From the NCBI GenBank assembly GCA_965644315.1, contig CBFFRQ010000046.1, positions 1 to 64,000 on the forward strand: DNA of 64,000 bases. Reading direction: 5' to 3'. This stretch comes from Caecitellus pseudoparvulus. Lineage: Eukaryota > Protista > Bigyra: Bicosoecida. A program made the translations under genes and the position numbers. Of the stretch, positions 56,386-64,000 are shown in pieces (the first letter of the stretch is position 1; every line of letters begins with the position of its first letter). The notes under the pieces were generated by a model. That model was not told the origin of the DNA and ran no database searches. It worked only from the letters and a program-made list of their open reading frames with translations.

Positions 56386-56926
56386 GGTGCTGACTTCGGC
56401 TGAGGTTGGTGTCGGAAGAGTCTGGTGTACCCTGATAAGCTGCCCAGCGTGGGCGGAGAGGAATTTTGAGTGTTACTCTTGGTGTTTGTGGATTGTGCTT
56501 CGGCTTGCATTCTGCAGCGGGGCCGCTGCCCCTCTTTGCGAGGTCAGTGCCGCAACAGGCTTTTCGACGCGCCATGCCAGAGCCTGCCCACCGCTGCCCA
56601 GCAGCGGTGTCCAAGTCTCAAAGACGATACGTGCGCGGGGGATAGGCTGCGCATGTCGGTGTTGCTCGGCGAGCTCGGGTGGGTTCAGGGCAGCCCAAGC
56701 AAAGTGCAGGGCGGCGGAGGAGCGCGAAACGCAGCAAGGCTTCCGAGGCAGGCGTCGGCGTGGCAAGCACCAGCCACGGTGAAAGTTGATGCCAGGCTGG
56801 TGCAATGTGCTGGGCGGCCACGGTTGTGAAGTTGCTGCCTGCTGGTTTGCCACGCAGCAGCGCCCACTGTGCTGGAGCTCGTGACACATACACACAACTG
56901 CCCGCTTCTGTGTTGCAGGGCAATGT

Positions 56927-58357
56927 CTATGGAGCCGCTGCCTGGTGGGCAGCACCACCAGGCGTGGCCTTCGGGGCAGGGCTGACTTCGGCTGGCAGCT
57001 GCAGCTGCAGTGCGCAGAAGCTGGCGCCCGGGGCAATACTTTGGAAAGCGGAAGGCTGCCCCGGCTGCAGCACCAGCAGCGCACTGCCACCCACTGCAAC
57101 CCACGGCCCAGACCAAGCCATCGCCGCAGGTTCCAGGGCCTGCGCTCCCCGTGTCCGCAGCTGTTCCACATCCGTGTCGTGGCACAGGATGAACAGCACC
57201 TGGGCCCCCGCCTTGGCACACTCCCCCACGAAGGCAGCCCCTTCCTCCGCCACACAGTCCTCAAGCACCAACACGCCGAAGCACAGCGGCACGGTGCCGG
57301 CGGAAGAGGGGCACAGCACCTCGTCGACCGCGCAGAAGCGACTGCCTTGCACTTGGAGGGCGGGGGTGCCGCCGCCCAGTGTCACTGTCCCACCGCCACG
57401 CCGCCGCAGTACACTGAGGCCCCACTCGCCGCTCGCCCCAGCTGCCTCCGGTCGCGCGCCTGCCACGGGAAACGCCTCGAAGTGACTGCCATCTAACAAC
57501 GGCCCCACTAGCCCGCTGCCCCCCAAGCACACGGCAGGGTCCCCACCCCCCTGCACTCCCTGCAGCAGGCGGTGCAAGCCAGCGTGGTGGCGAATGCCGG
57601 TGGCGGGCACCCTGCCCAGCACCAAGCGAGGCAGCAGCACCATGCCCACAGGGCTGGTACTGGCGGATGCAGAGGCTGCCGCAGCCATCAGGTGCGAGCA
57701 AGCTGCGGGGTCCTGCAACAAGGCCAGCAGGATGGAGTGCTGCGGCGAGCAGCTGGTGCTGGAGGTGGCAGCCAGCGGGGCTGCAGGTGTCTCCAAACTG
57801 CCCCCGATGCGCAGGTCAGCGAGTGCCGACACAACGGCGTCTTCCAAAGATGCAGTCGTGGTGGCCGCGGCTGCCATGCTTGTCAGCACGTCCAACGCTG
57901 TGGTCTCCTGAGAAGACAGTGCTGCGCCAGTCGAGGGGGCAGCTGGTGAGGCAGCTGCCGCCGCACTGGATTGAACAGCTTTGCTGAGGACAGGCGCAAA
58001 GTCTTGAATGAAAGTGGTCTGGTGTTGAGGGGCGTGCCGTGCCCCAATCACCGTCGCGCTTGCAAAGGGCAACTCGTCCTTCGCTTTGTCTGCCGTTTCA
58101 CCCGCGTTTTGCGGGACCCGCAACCGGCGTGGCTGGTCCCCACCCCCTGCGGCCATGGCGTTCAGATCCCACAGCTCCTCATGAAAGACGCGAAATGCAG
58201 TCTGTAGCAGGGGGTGCACTGCAAGGCGAGTTTTTATCGTTTTAGAGGGATTTGTTGATGGCCGAGCACTGTCGTAGGGCCAGTGTGCTTGCCTGATCAC
58301 CCACAACCTCAGGCCAGGAGCACTGGCTGCAGCTCTGACCGCAGACCAATTCCCCAA
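56927..58357 (-). CDS. Hypothetical protein; C-terminal part resembles a degenerate carbon-nitrogen hydrolase fold; true start unresolved
   Basis: 476-aa open frame with no ATG at its 5' end (likely an upstream exon). FGVLVLED..AKAGAQVLFI..GGSALL resembles G(V/L)xICYD..A..GA..GxS. Confidence 0.45.
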   Translation of the reverse strand: MGNWSAVRAAASAPGLRLWVIRQAHWPYDSARPSTNPSKTIKTRLAVHPLLQTAFRVFHEELWDLNAMAAGGGDQPRRLRVPQNAGETADKAKDELPFASATVIGARHAPQHQTTFIQDFAPVLSKAVQSSAAAAASPAAPSTGAALSSQETTALDVLTSMAAAATTTASLEDAVVSALADLRIGGSLETPAAPLAATSSTSCSPQHSILLALLQDPAACSHLMAAAASASASTSPVGMVLLPRLVLGRVPATGIRHHAGLHRLLQGVQGGGDPAVCLGGSGLVGPLLDGSHFEAFPVAGARPEAAGASGEWGLSVLRRRGGGTVTLGGGTPALQVQGSRFCAVDEVLCPSSAGTVPLCFGVLVLEDCVAEEGAAFVGECAKAGAQVLFILCHDTDVEQLRTRGAQALEPAAMAWSGPWVAVGGSALLVLQPGQPSAFQSIAPGASFCALQLQLPAEVSPAPKATPGGAAHQAAAP

Positions 58358-58936
58358 TCTTGTCTAGCCCGCAACATAGCCCTTGTTTCTTCGCTGCTCT
58401 GCCTCTTTCCTTGGCGCACCTGCTCCTTGCGGCGGCTGGTCGCACGGGCGCGTGTGTGGGGGCGCGGCCGTTTTCGCAGCCGCCAGCAACAACCACCCCT
58501 AGTCGCCCTGGGCCAAACTGGATCCACACCGTGCCGCTCTGCCTTATCATTCAGGGGTGATAGTTGCACTTGAAGAGGGCGCGTCGTGTCGCAACTGCGG
58601 CATGCACATCTCCCGGGTGTCTGGCAGCACCCCAAGCACCTGAGAGGAAACCTGACATCGAGGAGGGGCAGATCAATACTGCAGGCATATTTAACTGCAC
58701 TAGCCAGGTCAAGCTAGAGAGGGACACAGTTTGAGTTGCCGGGCCGCCCTGCGTCTCTCGAGGTGCGGTCGTAGCACCAAAGGGTAACTTCGGGCCGGGT
58801 GCGGAACTTGAACAACCATGGGCAAACGAAGAAGGCGAGGCAAGGGAGTTTCAGACCACATGTCTGGAACTTCGTGGGCATCAAGTCCATCCCGTGAGGA
58901 TTCCACAGTGCGAGCCTCAGAGGTAAGTGTGTAGCA

Positions 58937-61797
58937 TGCTTGGGGTTCCTTCCGATGGCTGGTGGATATTTGCGCAACTGCTTGCCATTCTAGGCGTGGT
59001 GAAGTACGGCCACGCATGGCTGGCATGGCTCTCTCGGCGTTTGCCTGCGCAGAGCACCCAGTCAACGCAAAAGAGTGATGCAATGAGTGGTAGTGTGGCA
59101 GGCTTCGGGGCAAGCTCCGGCGCGGGCCTCACAGAGCAGGTTGTGGCTTCGTTGGTGAAAGTGCAAAGCGTGCCAGATACTGCAATGCGGCACGGGGTGG
59201 CGCTGCAAGGACTGGCCAGCATTGGGCAAGGGCAGCCGGCCTCCCCAGAAACGTTCAAGTCCAAGTGTAACCTTGTGGAGCTGGAGGGCCTGCTGCGCGA
59301 CACGGGAGGTGCGCTGCTGGAGCGGGCTGGACTGCTGCACGGGCAGCCTGAGCGCGAGGGTGTGTGTGCTGCGCTGCAGTTTCTGTCCTTTCGGTGCTTC
59401 TGTGCAATAGAGGTGCTGCATCAAGCTGCTGGGGGCGTAGGAGCCGATGCAGTACCCACGGCAGATGCTCTATGGGGCTCCATTTGCGATGCGTGGAGCA
59501 GTGTGCGTAGCAATGTGAACTTGGAGGGGGCGCTGGCAGACCTGACGCGATGGTGGCAGGGCCGCAAGGCGCAGACACAGGTGCCAACATCTTCACCTCC
59601 GAATCCTTCTACCACTTCTGAGGGTCTGCATGCAGTGGAAGAATCACTTTCCAGCATCCGGAAGCAGGCCAGCTGGTTGCGCGGAGCACCGGCTGGCAGA
59701 CTGCGGAGTCAAGCTGCAGCAGGACACTTGAGCACGATTGCCGAAGCCGCCCAGCAGTTGCGCACCCAACTGGCCGCTGCCGCAGCCATAGGGGACAGCA
59801 AACTCGTGCCTGTCCAGGGGTTCGACGCCCCCTCGCAAGTCCACACCTTCAGAGGTCCAGATGGGTGCGTTAGCAGCGCCAGTGGCCGCCTTATCGTCAA
59901 CCACGAGACTCAGGTCAGCGACGTGAGCGCCTGGTCTGCAGAGCTTGCCGAAGGCGCTTCGTTGATGGCAAGGAGCGTCGCCATCGTTTTGGAGGCAGAG
60001 CGCCGCAGGATTGCAGGCGGACTGCCGCGACTTGTGCAGGCTGTGCACATGGTTGCCTTGCGGCACGGGAACATCGGCGCCGAACCGGAAGACCCACTCG
60101 GGTCTGTCAGTGAGGTATCCTTGCAGCTACACTGCGAAGGATGCTGGCCGTTGAGCTTGTTTGTGGAAGACGAAGCATGGGGCGACATTGGCGAAAGCGT
60201 GCGGCAGCGCCTGTGCGTCGCAGTGCTGGGGGTGTGTGCTGTTGCAGAGGCCTGCAACGTGAGCTTGGCGAGTGTCACGGTGGACAGCTTCGCTGTGATG
60301 GGAGTGGATGCATGCACGGTGGAAGGGTTGGCCAGCTCACTCGAGACGAACGGATGCCAAGTGTTGCTCGGAGCGTGCTCAAGTGCGTGGGTATCAGACA
60401 AGGGCTCGAAACCAGGCCCAAGTCTCGCCAGGCTGATCGAGACCCTCTTGTGCCCAACTTCAAGTGCAAGCAGTGTTGTTTATGGGGCACCGTCTGCAGC
60501 TGGAGCTGCAGAGCTGGGTATGTTGGCTGAGTCTCTTGAGTTTGTGCGCGAAGGTGGGCCGTTCTCCTGCATGGCGGCCTACGCGGCCGCTTGCATGGCC
60601 ATGAACGAAACCACAGGCTGCCTGGTCACGCTAGATCAAGAAGCAGAACGAGAAAGTGTGGCCCTGAAACGTCACGTGCAGTCACTGACGCGCTCAAGCG
60701 CAGAACCACCTCCACCCGAACCACCTTCGCACCCGGAAGAGAGCACTCTACCTGCTGCCTCTGCTGCTGGTGGTGATGCTGAGGTTTCTGACGACGAGCC
60801 GCTGCCTGACCAACGCGTCGTCCAGCAAGGGGGTGATGAAGTGCTCCAGTGGGCAGCTGGGCGCCGAATCGAAGCGACAGTTGGGCACTTGTACCAACGT
60901 GCAAGCAGTCGATTTGCTCAAGTTGCCTCAGCAGGTGACGCGGTTTTCATTTGCGCATGTGAAAGCGGGCACCTAGACGTGGTTCGATCTCTCCTCGCCC
61001 GCCAGGGTGCCCGGGCAATCAACGTTCACGCGGCAGACGCACAGGGGAGCGAGGCTGCCTTCCGACTCGCGTGTGCGAATGGGCAAGACCCCGTGGTACG
61101 CGAGCTCCTTGCACTTCACGGCGAGTTCTCTGTGAATGTGCACGCCCGCCATGAGTTTGGCTTTCGAATGGCCCGTAAGAACGGCCATGTGAAGGTAGTC
61201 CGTATGCTCCTTGCGTTGCGAGGACAAAGGCAAGTCAAGGTATCTGACAAAGGAGCACACATCCCTACACTGGGGTTCCGAGAGGCATGCTCCAATGGCC
61301 ATGTCGGCGTTGTGCAGGAACTGCTCAAGTTGGGGGGCGATCGAGCTGTGGACGTCCAAGCCGAGGAGGAGCACTGCTTCAGGCTGGCTTGCGCAAAGGG
61401 GCACACAGGCGTGGTGAAAGTGCTGCTTGGCTTGTCTGGCTGGCGAACCGTTGATGTCCATGCCAAAGTGGAGCATGCTTTCCGAGCTGCATGTGAGTAT
61501 GGACATGTGGAAGTTGTGCAGGAGCTCCTGCTTCTGTCTGGCAGCCGAACAATCAACGTCCATGCATGCGGGGAGCATGGCTTCCGAGCTGCATGTGAAC
61601 GAGGCCACGCCGAAGTTGTGCGTGTGTTGTTAGGGTTGGAAGGGAAGCGGCAGGTAGACGTGCACGCCAACGACGCTGCTGGTCCTGATGCCGGGTACCG
61701 CCTGGCCAGAAAGAACAACCACAGCGAGGTGGTAGAGCTCCTCGAGCAGCTCTCAGGCGAGCGCACGGTACCGCTTATGTTGCGAGCAGCACTTTAA
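58937..61797 (+). CDS. Membrane-anchored protein with 8 C-terminal ankyrin-like repeats
   Basis: N-terminal hydrophobic WWIFAQLLAILGVV; 8 units of FRxACxxGHxxVVxxLLxLxGxRxVxVHA at ~60940-61770. Confidence 0.85.
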
Positions 61798-62218
61798 TTG
61801 CTGGGTGGGTGTGGCTTCATTGTGCTTCTCAGCCTTGACTGCCGCACATGATGGCCAACTCCGCTTCCTTGCCGCTTGCTGACCAAATGCAAGGGTCGCC
61901 ACATGTACCCCTTCTGACGCCCCGAAAACGCATCAGCGCCGCGTCCACTGCACAGGCACTCTATCAGCTTTGTGGGTTGGCTTCGGAAAGTGCTTTCGGA
62001 GTGCAGCCGTTGTAGTGTCAACTGAGTTCACTGCGGAAGGGAATGGCAAGCTCTTCGTTGACACAGCAAGGGCTTCTTGAGGACGCTTGACAGCATGGAC
62101 CAGCAAGGTGTTCAAGCACTCGTGGACGACGCCAGAAGCTGGTGCAAGAAGATCAAGTTTGTGATCGAGGATCGGACAGACTCCTGGTTTGCCAGGCACA
62201 CTGGCATAACTCCCCAAC

Positions 62219-63418
62219 ATGCGCCAAGCTGATGGATGGGGCTGCAGGAGGTATGTAAGGAAGGCGCACACCCACTGCGCCCAGGCCGCAGGTCGCACGC
62301 ACAGCACCATCGACTGCCACCTGGTGCATCGCTTTGCACAGTGCAGGCACTGTGAGACTGCGCGTGACGATGCACCGCAGCCGCCTGTGGAGAACTTGTT
62401 CCTGCCAGTCGAGGCGCCAGTGCACGCCTGTTGGCGGTGGCATGACGCCGTGGCGACTGCGGGCTCCCTGCCTCTCGAGGTGTCTGTTGTGAACGCCTCT
62501 TCTGGAGCTGCGGTGCTGTGGTGGACTGCTCTGGGCACGGCACAAGAGGTGTCGCTGTCTCCGTCTGCAGCTGGACTGGGCACAAATGCCACACTCTCCG
62601 CCACAACCCTATCCTTGCCCCTGGGCAGTGGGCAGGAAACGCTGTTCGTGTTTGTGAGGGCGACAGACAGCGCTGGGAACGTTGCCAACACGAGCAGTGG
62701 AAGCATCTTCATCGGGCAAGAGGCCGCCTTCTCAGGCTCCATTGTACCTGTTCCGCTGACTGCCAGCAGCAGTGCGGGCGAGCTGTGTTGCTTCCAGCAG
62801 AACACAACTGCCGTTGCTGTACAGTAGACCGTGGCTTCTCAGGCTCATGTGCACTCTGTTCAGATCTCCCTTGGCTCCCTGCCAGGCCTGCGAGACTTGC
62901 GAGGCGCACAGCCAGTTCCACTGGACCAGCTGCAGGCCCTGCAAGGCGACGTGCTGGTGTCTGGCTTGAACCTCGCGAGTGGCTCACAGGTGTTTCCTAA
63001 CCTCCACGTGCAGTCTAGCGACGGCTGGACGAGTGTCGCCTCCAGCGTGGGCGTGACTGTGGACGCAGCTTGGAGTGCACCAGTGCAGCAGCCGCTGTCC
63101 ATGGCGCTGGCGGCGAACAGCACCTTGGACGCAGATGGCGTTTGGCAGGGCATAGTGCACAACCAGCCTGCTCTGGCCCGTGCGCTGCTCTCTCTTGCCG
63201 CATCTGTCCTGGGGGAAGCGCCTTCTGCCGTGGAAGGGCAGCTGGCATCCGTGCCAGCCCAAGGCACCCAGCTCAGCGAGGGGTCTTCGGCCGCTGCGGC
63301 GTTCAGGCAGGCCACACGCCTCACCTTCACAGCTGATGCGCTGCGGGACGCCCAGTCAGGGATCGCAGGCGCTGCCTGCGCACAGAAAACTCGGATGTCT
63401 CCAACAACTGTTTTATGA
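62219..63418 (+). pseudogene. Degenerate fragment of an extracellular FN3/Ig-like repeat protein with an in-frame TAG at 62825-62827
   Basis: ORFs 62219..62827 and 62831..63418 share one frame, separated by a single TAG. Motifs VFVRATDSAGN, ISLGSLPGLRD and LRDAQSGI are typical of beta-sandwich surface repeats. Confidence 0.5.
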
Positions 63419-64000
63419 AGGAGGCAGATTCTGTTGAGTTGTGGTCTGGTGATCGTGCTGAATTCGCAGGTTGCCTGGGAATCTGGGCACGGCGAGGTAC
63501 ACCTTGCTCGCGGGAAGCCCACAGCGCGTGGCAAGAAGGATAGCTGCACATTGTAGTCACTGTTGAAGGTCACACTTGTAAGATTTTGCACATCATATTG
63601 ATGGATTCGTGGATGGCCTCAGTGTTGCTTGCCACTGGGTCGCTTGGAGGGAGAGATGCAATCCTACTTTGGCTCTGTACCGGAGGTGGGAGGGGCGGGC
63701 AACAAAAAGTAGTTCATGGACTTTCATGAAGCATTTTGTCAGTTTTGTCTGCTAGTGCAGGCACCGCAAGCTCCTGTCTTCATTCTGTCTGTGAGACTCC
63801 GGTTTCAGCAGCGTGAGACATGTTTTTGCATCATTCGCGTAACTCTTAAGACAGCCATTCGTGTGGTTCGCCGAAGCTGCGCGACGGTACGCAGAGGACA
63901 AAATCAAGACTGGTCCATGAACACGAGAAGATGCAGGGCGTGTGCTGTTCATCCGGCACATCGTGCTCAAGCTTGCCTCACCTCGGAGCTTCGTGCAGCT

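Overview
Gene-dense, GC-rich (about 65-70% by eye) eukaryotic DNA with short GT-AG introns (about 60-150 nt) and very short intergenic gaps. It is most consistent with a compact protist genome, possibly a stramenopile (inference). The first ~7.8 kb is a lower-GC accessory island. It holds a PIF/Harbinger-type (DDE_Tnp_4) transposase whose -1 frame continues into a SAP domain, a convergent partner ORF that is not an obvious Myb/SANT protein, an output-less CHASE sensor and ~2.3 kb of ORF-poor ~42% GC DNA. The rest carries mostly housekeeping genes: eIF3e, AMACR, CWC21 with a 17x39-bp coding minisatellite, a minimal BRCA1/BARD1-like gene, BRE1, RNase Z, citrate carrier, ZNF207/BuGZ, DinB, GPAA1, MRPL11, CENP-C, a CHD remodeler, RFT1 and RPL22. 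Unusual architectures include a Nudix-like + sphingomyelinase + TM + pseudo-acyl-CoA-synthetase fusion, a PDZ-CHD fusion, an AP2 protein, a mucin-stalk multi-TM protein and two ankyrin proteins. All domain calls come from motifs recognised by eye; no searches were run.
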